Assembly (NCBI GenBank): GCA_037447605.1
Contig: CM074810.1
Coordinates: 1,212,880 to 1,276,879 of the forward strand
Source: Zygnema circumcarinatum SAG 698-1b
Taxonomy: Eukaryota; Plantae; Zygnematophyceae
DNA length: 64,000 nucleotides
Reading direction: 5' to 3'
How positions within the stretch are numbered: the stretch's first letter is position 1; each line of letters starts with the position of its first letter. This document shows, piece by piece, positions 13,301-23,870 of this stretch. The position numbers were made by a program, and so were the translations under genes. A model generated the notes under the pieces. That model was not told the DNA's origin, made no database searches, and worked only from the letters and a program-made list of their open reading frames with translations.

Positions 13301-15066
13301 TTTTTTTATTTTTGGCAAAGCATTGTCTTCTAATTCCCTAAAGGGGTCTATCCCGGATTTTATCGGCAACTTTGCGAATTTGGAAAGATTGTAAGTATTT
13401 AAGAAGCTGAAAGCCCCTCGCCCCGTATCAGATCGCACTGACGTGTCGAGAATCTTCCAACCAATCACGTCGCAGTGTTAGATACGCTTCAGATTCTTCC
13501 CTGCGCCCCTCCTGATCCGATCCCTCCGCTGTCGTACTGCACTCTCGCACTTCCTCCCTGCCGGTGCCAAGGGGTACAGGAGAGATGGAGGAGAGAGAAA
13601 GAGAGAGAAGTGAGGGAGAGAGAGAGAGTGAGGGAGAGAGGGAAAGGGAGGGAGGGAGAGACAGAGAGAGCACCTCCGGGCAGAGCGCATTCACACGGAT
13701 CCCATGGTCGGTTGGCACGTGACAACTCCGAACTTTGGTTTGCATTTGAGCAATCATTCAACCGAGTTTCAATTTTTTTGTTTTTTCTTGTCGCAAAACA
13801 TCCGCCGAGCTAGTGAGGCTTTTTATGAATATCGGTGGATGCTAATTCACATGCAAACGTTTTTGTAATTCTGAGGGGCATCATCCCGAACACTATTGAG
13901 AACCTCGTGACTTTGTATAATTTGTATGCCATTTTTTCTGAAATTATAAGTGCAATGACCTATTGCATCTTGCAAAAGCAGCAACTTTCGATGTTGTGTA
14001 TCCATGATTGAGTGGTAAATCTTTGCCGCGTAGTTGTTTTCACTTTTGGTGTTTATATACGAGTAAAATTTTATTCTCGCACTGCTATTTTGTGAGACTG
14101 CGTTTTGAGAATTCGACTATAAAACGTGGAGTTGAATACCTGATTTATTCATGTTCAGTCCAGAACCAACCTTATCCTTTTTGTTTAATTTTTTTTCGTT
14201 TTGTATGTCTGTAGGTTTTTGAGCAGCAACAAACTGGAGGGGAGAGTGTCCGGCTTCATCTCTAAACTCACCAAACTGTACTACTTGTAAGCACCGCTGC
14301 ATCGATAACGTTATATTTTCAGTTTCAATTTTTTCTCTCGGCCGAGCATTTGTATCGCTCAAACTATTGCATTTATTTCGCGCTTGCATGAGTTTTAAGT
14401 TTATCTCATATTTTTGGTCACTTCTGTCACGGCGCTGACTTTTTTGACGCACAATACTGCGCACTTTTGCATGCGAGAGATTAGACTTCGTTGTTGAGAG
14501 TTTAGGATTTAGAATTTACGGATTAGGGTTACGGTTTAGGCTTAAAGATTGTAAGTCTTAAAGTTTGAGGGGTTCAGGGGGAAGGGATAAGTCTCCGTTC
14601 AGAGACTTTGCAGACAGCACAAGCGAATTTTTTCAGTGGCTGTGACACAAGGAAGACTTGAACGGGGTCTGTTGGAAAGTTCCTCTCTCTCTCTCTCCCC
14701 CTCTCTAACGCGCCACCTTTAATGTCATCAGGTGGTTAGACAACAACAAGTTGACTGGCTCCATAAGTCTTGCGAGCTATAGCCCTTATGACGGGTACTT
14801 TTGGTTTCAAAACAACTACTTCTCCGGGCCAATCGACATTACATATAATGGGCAACCTTATTGCGTCTTCAACTTTACCAATAACTGCATTTATCGCAAT
14901 ACCACAGGATGTGGCGCAGCTCAATATCAGAGACCTCAACAAGAGTGCGCGGCCTTCTGCCAAAGCGGTGCTCCCAAGGGAGCGTGCGGGGGCCGCGGCA
15001 CGTGCGGGTATGACACGGCCATGTGTACATGCGACAAGGGATATGCGCTGGCATCGAACACGTGTG
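10349..15066 (+). CDS. 5' part of secreted multidomain gene: signal peptide, LRRNT cap, single-LRR 72-nt exons, LRR C-cap and EGF-like domain; exons 10349-10454, 10592-10739, 10963-11034, cassette array, 14215-14286, 14732-15066
   Basis: MAHARSLSLAAAFFLLCAAAAA signal; DALLAVKAAI..SWTVSNPDCRNWHGIEACDATGRVTEI (plant LRRNT); repeats of xLxxNSLTGSIPxSIGNLxxLxxL; WLDNNKLTGSI..NNYFSG..CGGRGTC..CTCDKGY. The locus continues into an N gap. Confidence 0.88.
11352..13390 (+). repeat. Array of 11 tandem exon+intron cassettes (~197-bp period), each with one 72-nt LRR exon starting at 11352, 11538, 11738, 11936, 12133, 12332, 12532, 12727, 12924, 13120, 13319
   Basis: Introns are highly similar (gtaagtatttttccccataaatctgaaatgaaagtgatagaaatg..ctagtcgtggcagcatgtttattcag..polyT..ggcag). 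All exons are 72 nt and phase 2-2. Units 8 and 11 have CAA in place of the CAG acceptor. Confidence 0.95.
13857..13923 (+). pseudogene. Degenerate LRR pseudo-exon
   Basis: Reads LRGIIPNTIENLVTLYN then tt|gtatgc donor, but is only ~67 nt, is frameshifted at its 5' end and is preceded by CAA. Confidence 0.55.
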
Positions 15067-15549
15067 GTGATTTGCAACCTGCTGCTTGTAGATACTTGCA
15101 AGAAAGGAAAAGTAAAGGGTGGCATAGGTTGTGGAAACTATTGCATTGCTATCAATATGATTCGGCCAATAGAAGAGGTTCAATTCTCGAACTTCTAGAA
15201 GCATATCGCAAGTATTACTTGGTGAACTCTGCAATCTCATTCAGTAAATGGCGCAGAGTTTGTAAGGATGTATCGAGAGTGCCGCTCCGACATCATGTTT
15301 GAAAATTTTGATAATCTTCTTGACCCATTCAAATCGCGTGCAAGCTACAACATATGTCGGCTCTATTTGCAGTAGCTAGATATCCTGCGAATTTGACCTT
15401 GCTGCTTTTCAAAGGAAAAATTGCGTAGCTCGAGAAGTGACAAAGGGATCTGATTTGCTGTGGAGATGTATAGCCTGAGAGGCACATAGATGATAAAATG
15501 TCACGTCAAAAGACTTGAAGTAAGTTTACTTTCTTCGGAATGGTTTCGA

Positions 15550-15649
15550 NNNNNNNNNNNNNNNNNNNNNNNNNNNNNNNNNNNNNNNNNNNNNNNNNNN
15601 NNNNNNNNNNNNNNNNNNNNNNNNNNNNNNNNNNNNNNNNNNNNNNNNN
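15550..15649. other. Assembly gap (100 N, true size unknown)
   Basis: N run; it lies where the papain N-terminal half with the catalytic Cys is expected. Confidence 1.
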
Positions 15650-15752
15650 GTTTGGGATTGATACATACATACCTTGATTTCTGAAGTGGTATTCTGGAAA
15701 GGTCAATGCCTTTGACTAAATGTTGCATCCGTCATGTTCCGTCAAAATGCAG

Positions 15753-18700
15753 GAAGTTAGGGTACGCATTCTGTCATACGAGAGTGTCCAGGTGAACGGC
15801 TGGCTTGGCCTTTTGCTTGCTCTCCAGCAACAGCCAGCAGTGGTTGCTATCGAAGCAAGTTCTGACAGTTTTTTGAACTACAACCCCGCAATGGTAAGCG
15901 TAGTTAGTGACTGATTCTGATCTCTAAACACATAAACAACTCGAAAGAAAAGGGAAAAAAAAACTTGCAAGTTCAACTTGCAAACTGTTTTCAATGGGAT
16001 GTGTCATTTTCATTGAGTATGTGACAGAAGATAACACATTCAAGCTTATACACAAAACAGAAAAATCTCAGAAGATCATCATAAAACTCAAAAAACTTTA
16101 TTTTATAAATGGGGGGGGGCTGAATACAAAATCACTTCAATCTTTCTCCTCTCTTCTCTCTTTCTTGTCTTTCTTTTTTTCTGGTCTTCAACTACTGCGC
16201 AGCGCTTCTTTTCTACTCACTGTCTATGCATCTAGAACATTCCTTTCTGAATCCTGTTTCTTGAAGCTCATGTCTCTTCTCGTCCTCTTCGCACATTCCT
16301 GAAAGTTCTCACACGTGCAATCTTACGCATCCACGTGCGATCCTACATATCCGTACAATTTCTGTACACTTGTCGTACATCATTCCGTGCAATGTCCGTA
16401 CAACTCGCAGCATCATCTATCACAGAGTAAAGGCATAGTAGCTATTTTGATGTACAACTGCATTTGTTTTTTTTTTTTTGCTCAGCAATGCTGTATGTTC
16501 TTCCTGCTGCAGGGAGTGTTCGATGACGAGGAGTGCTTTTCCGACGGTGTGGATCACGCCGTGGTCGTTGTGGGATACGATTTGACGGCTGCGATCCCAT
16601 ATTGGATCATCCGCAATTCCTGGGGACCCAACTGGGGGGACAAAGGGTACATGTACATGAAGGTGACGGGGGGATACGGAATTTGCGGCATCAATGTTAG
16701 ACCGCCAATTATACCAATCGTTCAACTTCCTGGTAGGAATGAATGCCAAGTGTCTGGTGATGCTTTGAATCAGGCACTGCTGGCTTTTATCGTTTCCTTG
16801 GGTGATTGAAGCTGAAGATGCCTTTATAATCTTTATCAGATTATAGAAGCTAGCAGTCTGCTGAGAATCTCTGTTCAGCTGGATGCATTGCATGCATGTC
16901 GGGATGGCTGGGGAAGGCCTTCAGTCTTTCTTGAAATTGACTTTAAGTCGTGAGAGAATCTAACTGTAGAAAGTCCCGTCGCCCAAAATATTTCTTTCGC
17001 TGCAATTAGCCTTCAACGTTGTAAACATTATACAAACATGCCGCGAACTGGAGTTTCAAACCCAAATATCATTTTGGCAAAAGTGCTCCGTCCATGCAAA
17101 AACTAGCATCGTGGCAAGAAGGGTTTTGAACGTTTCAGAATCGAGTTTCTGTGGCCTAACCATTTGGAAGAAAGCAGTACCACTTGACCACCACAGCAAG
17201 CAGTTTATCTCTTCTACTTAGTTTCCTTTCTTCATGAGCTGTGCAGCAAGTGATCCTTGCAACCTCTTCAGCTTCACCCGCCGAATTCTCCGGTTGGCGT
17301 ACGGACCGGGGCAGATGAACCCCTGCGGGAACGGAGTCTGCTTTCCTTCACTTTCCGGCACAACAAATGTTTGCGAATGTGCTGACAACTTTGTTAACGT
17401 TACGAACTCAGACGGAACGCAGACGTGTGCACCCGGTAAAAAAAAAAAAAGAAAAAAAAAAAAATGTCTACGAAATGATTTGTCCATGAAATGCCTACGC
17501 TTATGCTTTTATTCAATATTCTACATGTAGACTACGCACGTATCGACTCTGCTGGAAAAATAATTTACACTGCATCTGTCCTCGTGCAGCTGAATCTCCA
17601 AATCAAGGGCTACAGACCACAGTGTTCCAAGTTGAAGAGTGACCTTTCTTTCTTTGCTTCGTGATAGCTTTACATTTATTATTTCTGATCTCCTCTTGTG
17701 ATTCCGCTTCACGCCCTAATGCCTTACGCCTGATTGCCACGTGGCAGCGTCTCCATGCACGTTCACATCACGGAATCCGTGCGGCGTGGGCACATGCGTG
17801 GACAACGCAGCGCTCAACGGAACGTACATGTGCATTTGCCCTCTCGGCTATTCGCCGGACTCGTCCGAAGAGGCTCTCACCTGCCTCCCCGGTCCGCACC
17901 CGGCAGACTCGCAAACCCGGTTCAAACGTATATAGATATAGGCATACAGGCATTGATACGATAAGATATGTAAGGTATAGGCATTGTTTGCCTATATCTT
18001 CAAACATTAAATAACTGAAATTTTCGAAGGTTTACGAATACAATTTTGAAAATTTTGTTAATTGAATGTGTTTAAAAATTGGTTGACTTCATCGTCGTCG
18101 TTCTTTAAATTGCAGCTGTCCTTTTAGGTGGACGTCTACTGAGCTATACTGTCCCAGTGAATACCAGTTTACCCTGCACAAGTCTGTACGGAACATATGG
18201 CATACCCAAGGCAGTGCACAAAACAAGGTCAGTTCAAGGACTTGCTGCTAACGCATCGTGCTGAAAAGATATGGAAAGGAAAGCACGTTTCTCTTTCGAT
18301 TCAAGCAACTTTTGTGTGCAAAATATTTTGGTCTTGTTGGAAATCTCTCACCACGAAGCGCCATGTGATTCCTTGCGTGACATAAAACCAACTCTCTGCA
18401 CCCCTCTCCCTCTCCCTCCATTTCAGGGTCTGAACTGCAGCAGTCCCCTTCCGGGAGGCACTGTTGTGAATGTGACGAGTGCGAGCAACTGCTCCGTCAC
18501 GTATGCACTGGAGGAGGTCAGTGCTAATTCGAATGCTAATAATGATGGAAACAGTCAGCAACAACACGTAGATTTTCAAAAACGACGAGCAGGACCCGTA
18601 GACTGCCTACCTTACAGCCTCATAAGAAAGCATGGATCTTCATATACTCGTGTTCTGTATAATGATTATATCGTAGTACCGAGATTACTGCTGTTTGAAG

Positions 18701-19980
18701 CGGCGCTCTAAAAGTAGACATTTTCTTACTGGTGAGCGCAGGGAGACACGTGTACCTCCGTGGAGCAATTGTTTAACATCACAGCCCTGTCCGGCCCCAC
18801 CTCTCCGAATCCGGACTTGGACTGCTCACAGCTGCAGCCATATCAGCAGGCAACACTCTTTCTTTCGCTCTCCTTAGGGCAAATTAAGCCTTAAAGTCGA
18901 AAATTATGTTAGCGGTCTTGTTCTATGCTTCGTTGAGAAGAAGCACATTCAATTGCATATCCAGTCCACAGCCCCATAGTGCAGAATCTGACTGCTCCCA
19001 TGGCGTACGGTCCTGTGCAGGTCTGCATTCGAAGGGGAGAGCTCGCCTACCCGGGGCCGTGCAGTCGGCTGTACAGCGTGCAGCTGAACGACACGTGTGT
19101 TTCCATAATAAGCGGACTCATGGAGGGTGACGCCATCAAGTTTTTCACGCTAAACCCGGGTTTGTACTGCGGCCAGTTGCAGCTGTCGTTCAATGCCAAC
19201 AGCGATCTCAGTCGACAGGTAATGATCCCCCGTCCTTTTTTGCGTCTGCATGGCCGGGTTGAAATTAGGAGCTTGTGAGGCTAGTCATTGGCACAACCTT
19301 AAGCTTGCAGCACTCTCGAGGAGAGGAGAGAATGTCTATCAAACTTCACAATCACGTTAGAGTGTCCACTGCTTTCAGGATGTTGATTCAGATTTGACTG
19401 ATGATGTTGATGGTTTTGGACTAAGAGTAGTACAATGGGCATTTCGCCAGGCTAAGCCAAAGCGTTGCGAAGCAAGGTAGACTTTTCCTTTTGTGAAGTG
19501 ATCCTTCCAAGCTCCCGCCCGTTCACCCTCCTCGATCGTTTTTTTGTTTCGTTTTCCTTGTCGCGTATAAGCAGTTTTTTCTTGGGTCCAAAGGACTCTT
19601 ATCCAAGTCCTCGTCTAAAGGTTGCCAACGTCTGTTCTGATTTTGCTGCATTCAAATATCGGATGCTTTTCATGCCACTGGAAATCTCCGTTTCCTCTTC
19701 TTTTTCAAGATTCATCTTTCTTCATCCGACTGCTTCTTGCTTTCTGCAGGTGTGCCTTGAAGCGGCGGATTTGGGCCTGGGAAAGGGCTGCAAAGGGAGA
19801 CCTCACAAGCTGCAGGCGGGTGACTCCTGCATCAGTTTGAAGGCGTGCTTTTCAAAGAAGGAGACGTTCAAGAAGTTTAACAACGGCACGTCCTGCACTA
19901 AGAAGCTTCTGGAGACCCTCCGGGCGAAGGACACGACCGCGGCCAAAGTCTGCGTCCCGACAAGCAGCAAGTGCACGTAG
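15753..19980 (+). CDS. 3' part: papain-family (C1A) protease C-terminal half, 2 EGF-like domains, 4 Cys-flanked LysM domains; exons 15753-15893, 16513-16732, 17247-17435, 17748-17891, 18116-18227, 18427-18516, 18742-18849, 19021-19218, 19750-19980
   Basis: QQPAVVAIEASSDSFLNY; catalytic His and Asn in VDHAVVVVGY..YWIIRNSWGPNWGDKGY; EGF NPCGNGVC..CEC and NPCGVGTC..CICPLGY; LysM-like YALEEGDTC..NPDLDC..QQVCI, YSVQLNDTC..FFTLNPGLYC, HKLQAGDSC..VCVP. No transmembrane segment seen. Apparent frameshift in LysM1. Confidence 0.85.
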
Positions 19981-21568
19981 GCATGCGACTTTTGTCGCAT
20001 GCGAGAGCGGCCCATGGGGCGCGTGACGCCTCTCCTCCCTCGGCAGTTTCAGAGGAGGAGGCGGCGGTCAAACTTAGTATGGGTATGGCTCTACTGTAGT
20101 GCGCGTACCTGCACATGCATGGCATGATGAGGGAGTGGACGCACCATGGCAGTGGCATGCATAGGGGATGCATAAAGACACGCTTGGGGGATGCATGGAT
20201 GGATGGATTGTTCGTCGTCGGCTTTCGTTTCTCGTTGGCATTGCGTCGTCATGCAGACAGTCGATCCCGGCGTTTGGTTGGACAGCAGACCGTGATTAAA
20301 CGCGTTTCAAACATTGAGATATGTGACAAGCTGAAAATTGTGCTAATGAATGTTATGAGCTGCCTTTGGTCAGAAGTTGGAACATTTTCATCTTCATGTT
20401 GGTTTCTGGCACTGCGGGTCGATCTGCTTAACGGAGAATGGGCCGGGCCGGATTAGGGCGAGCCTGGGAAAATGAGCTCTTTTCATCAAAGGATTTTGCC
20501 ACGTGGACCATTCCTGCATTGACACGTGGCAGTGAGTCGGCCAGGCTCGAACCGAGCACTGGCGGGCTTCAAATAGGGCACTGCCGGGCGGGAGTCTTTG
20601 TCATATCAGCCCAGAGACGTGCCGTACAGGGTACGGATCGCAATTCCCGACAACAATGGGAGGGGCGCCACGTGCCGCCTTCGAGGCGCTTTGAAAAATA
20701 TAAAAAAAAATCTGACCAGTTTCCATGCGAACAGAGATTTCTCCTACTGAAGTCAGTTTGATCTGGTTACAGATAACATTTTGTACGGCCGTGGAAAGCC
20801 ACGGACGTACAAAATGTCGATCTTGGCCCGCCGGCGCGCCACGTCGGATAGCACAAAACTGGTTAGCCACGTGCCGGTTTCCAATTTGCTGATAGCTCCT
20901 CGCCCGGCGGTCACGTCACGCCACGCCACGGCGGGTCGTTGGCTGCGACTGCAAGCCGGCACCGCGCGCGGCCCCGAGATTCGTGACGGGTCTTCAGAAG
21001 CGACGTGGAGGCGCTCGATTGGAGAATGCCCGTGTTCCAGTCAAACGGGGTCGTTTGGGCTAGTCGAGGTCGCCACGTCAGCAACCTCACACGCCCTGAA
21101 AGATCCCGGACCCGCGGATCGCTGCAGATCTGTTCCATATTTTTCAGCCATTCAATCGGTCGTATCACTGCCACCCTTCCCACGAGGAAGATCTAGAATC
21201 GGATCTCAGCAAGATATCCATGGCTCTATGACTCAGCAGTAGATTTTTATATCCGGCCATAGAATCTACAAATCACGTATTCCAGGCGACCAGCAACCAA
21301 TAGCCGTCAGTACTGGAAGGCTGTTTTTACCTCACCATATCTGAATAGAATCTCAGGAGGATCTATAAGGGCTCCAGCCGGGTCCGAGAATCTCTGACTA
21401 GATTTGGGGTCCGCGACGAGCCCATCCCGTCCCCGCCCGCGTGACGTCCCGAGTTGCTCCGCGACAACCGACAAAGCGCGCGCGCGCGCGCGACCGTGTG
21501 CCTTTGTGCGGCGGTCCGCCGCTCGTCCTCGCGCCTCGCTCTCGCCTGCCGCTCGCTCTATCCCTGCC

Positions 21569-21701
21569 ACCCTCCCTGCCTCCCTGTCTCCCTGTCTCCC
21601 TCCCTCTCGCCCTCCCTCCCTCTCGCCCTCCCTCCCTCCCTCGCTGCCTCCCTCCCTCTCGCCCTCCCTCCCTCCCTCCCTCCCTCCCTCCCTCCCTCCC
21701 T
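21569..21701. repeat. (CCCT)n-rich microsatellite upstream of the hydrolase
   Basis: Read directly. Confidence 0.9.
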
Positions 21702-21768
21702 GCGCTGCTTGCAAGGCCGACACTGCCCACGCCTGCGCACGCGCGCGCCGGACCTCGGGGGGGGCGCC

Positions 21769-22656
21769 ATGGCTGACTGGATGTTCGTGCAGAAGACGCT
21801 TGTCGCCAATAGCATCAATATCACATACTACGAGAGCGTGCCGCCCCCGCAGCTAGCCATGTCCCCGGGCTTCGCCGGCCTTCCGATCCTCGTCTTTCTA
21901 CACGCCATGTGGCTAAGTGGCTCCACCCTCATTGTTGCGACCAGCAACTTGACCAGCCACTACAGGGTAGTGCTCCCTGATGCCCGTGGCCATGGCTACT
22001 CCACGCCTATTCCTGCAGGAAGCTTCAGAATGAACAACTTAGTTGACGACGCCGTTGCTGTCATATCACACGTGTCACCTGACGGCCCCGTCTTGCTTAT
22101 GGGAACCTCCATGGGAGCCGCCACTGCTGCCAGAGTTGCAAGACGTCACCCCTCCCTTATAAAGTCTGTCATCTTGGAAGAGCCGCCGTGGATTCGCTTT
22201 CCTGGAGAGGCTGTTCAGTGGTCTACTATAGACCCTGTAACGCACACTGAGATGCCTGATTATGTGCGTACCCTGAAGGCCCTATCGGATGAGGAGTTCA
22301 AGCTTTTGGATACTGCAGGCGTAGGGCTACCGCCCCTGGCGCTATCGAACTTGGCAGCATGGCGGCTGTTTGACGTGGACAACTGTGAAGGAACTTTGGC
22401 TTCAGTGGATACTGCAAACACGGTGGCCGTGCCAGGCATAAAGGTTAGGGCGCTCCTGCAGATAGGGGACTTGACGACGACAGGGTCTCAGATTAATGGT
22501 TCTAAGATTCAGCCGGAGGTCGCCAAGTTCATAGTGAAGACATGGAAAGAAGGGCGACTCTCCTTCTACCCGGGAGGGAATCATTGCCTGCACGAAGCAC
22601 CCACGGCAGAGGCGTGGCAGGAGGAGGTGTTGGCGTTCTTCGGTCCAGGAGAGTAA
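21769..22656 (+). CDS. Intronless alpha/beta-fold hydrolase, 295 aa
   Basis: LVFLHA, YRVVLPDARGHGYS, nucleophile elbow GTSMG, VILEEPPW, C-terminal GGNHCLH catalytic His; ATG in strong context (gccATGg). Confidence 0.9.
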   Translation: MADWMFVQKTLVANSINITYYESVPPPQLAMSPGFAGLPILVFLHAMWLSGSTLIVATSNLTSHYRVVLPDARGHGYSTPIPAGSFRMNNLVDDAVAVISHVSPDGPVLLMGTSMGAATAARVARRHPSLIKSVILEEPPWIRFPGEAVQWSTIDPVTHTEMPDYVRTLKALSDEEFKLLDTAGVGLPPLALSNLAAWRLFDVDNCEGTLASVDTANTVAVPGIKVRALLQIGDLTTTGSQINGSKIQPEVAKFIVKTWKEGRLSFYPGGNHCLHEAPTAEAWQEEVLAFFGPGE

Positions 22657-23870
22657 GGGAAGCTTCTTAGGCGTAGGATACTCTTTTCCTTTTTCAAATC
22701 GTAGGTGACCTTTTACCTGTAGGAGCAAGAGCAATATTTGTACAGTTCGAAAAAAAATATTTTTTCTACGTTTGCATTGGCTAAGCGGACTGCAATGAGG
22801 AGTGTATAGAGTCTTTTCTGTCAGTTATGTGAGTGGTGTTCTTCAGTTGGTCGGAGCAGTAGCTGCTAGTGTTCCATAATGCGCTGTTTAATCGTTACGC
22901 ATTGTTTGGTAACGTTGAAATTGTCAAAATAGGCGGTCAGGACTGTCCGAATGAACCAGAAAATCGCGTGCAGCAGCAGCCCCCTCCGAACATTCTGTAC
23001 ATGTATGTGAGTGTGAGCATTTCTGCGAGCAATCATCGCTGTGCGCAGTTTTTTGAGCAGCAGAAACCTGAACATCTTGTAGTCTAATTTTCAGCAAATG
23101 AAAATTGTTAAGTTTATGATTTTGTCATTTCCTTTGGAAGGAGAGTCGTGTAAGTGTGCTAAGGACATGTGTTTGCGTGACATCACTTATTGAGATGTGT
23201 GGTTTATTGGCACATAACTCTTCAACCTGTGAAACGTCGTCCTTTCTGCATGGTGTTAACTGCCATGAATAGCATATGGTGTGGTATGGAATAGCACGGC
23301 AAACCATCACAAATGCATGAAAAGGAAACACGAAAACTTGAAAGCATGAAAGCCGAAACTGACATGGAGATCTAACCAGGAAGCGAGAGAAAGCACATCA
23401 GACGTATTACTGCCTGTCCTGCACATGGAGCCAGTTGCAGCACACAGGAAAGTGGGTGCACATTTTATACATTACCAACGATAGAGTCATAGCACAGAGG
23501 TTAAGCTAAATAGGAAATTATACGTTTTCGACTGAGTATCCTGCTGCCTATCAAAGTTTGACTAACTAATCTGATGACTACAACAGCCGGATGTATAGAT
23601 TACATTCGGACAATGCTACGTCTTTTTCATGATCAAAATATCTTTCGTTGCAGTGTTGCATGAAACCCCTCGAAGACTGTCAACCTAGTAATGCCACACA
23701 CAACTGACACAAGTACAGTGAGATAGGGGGCGTAGGAATCTGACAGCTATCACTCCCACTGCAAGAGAGCTGCAGACACAGACAGGGTCCATAAGAAAGA
23801 GAGCCTGAACTCACCAAATCTTCCTGAATACACAAAGCATACTTCAGCCATATGTATGGTATGGCAAAAG

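Noticed and set aside
11352-13390. CRISPR-like regularly spaced repeats
   Set aside because: The units are spliceosomal exon+intron duplicates encoding LRRs; there are no unique spacers or cas genes, and the DNA is eukaryotic.
14500-14560. Telomere-like TTTAGG/TTAGGG tract in an intron
   Set aside because: Short and degenerate; such low-complexity tracts are common.
17934-17999. 11-bp inverted repeat in an intron
   Set aside because: Too short, with no TSD or second copy in the window.
21454-21768. N-terminal extension of the 400-aa hydrolase ORF
   Set aside because: Non-ATG start running through a CCCT microsatellite; ATG 21769 fits the domain start.
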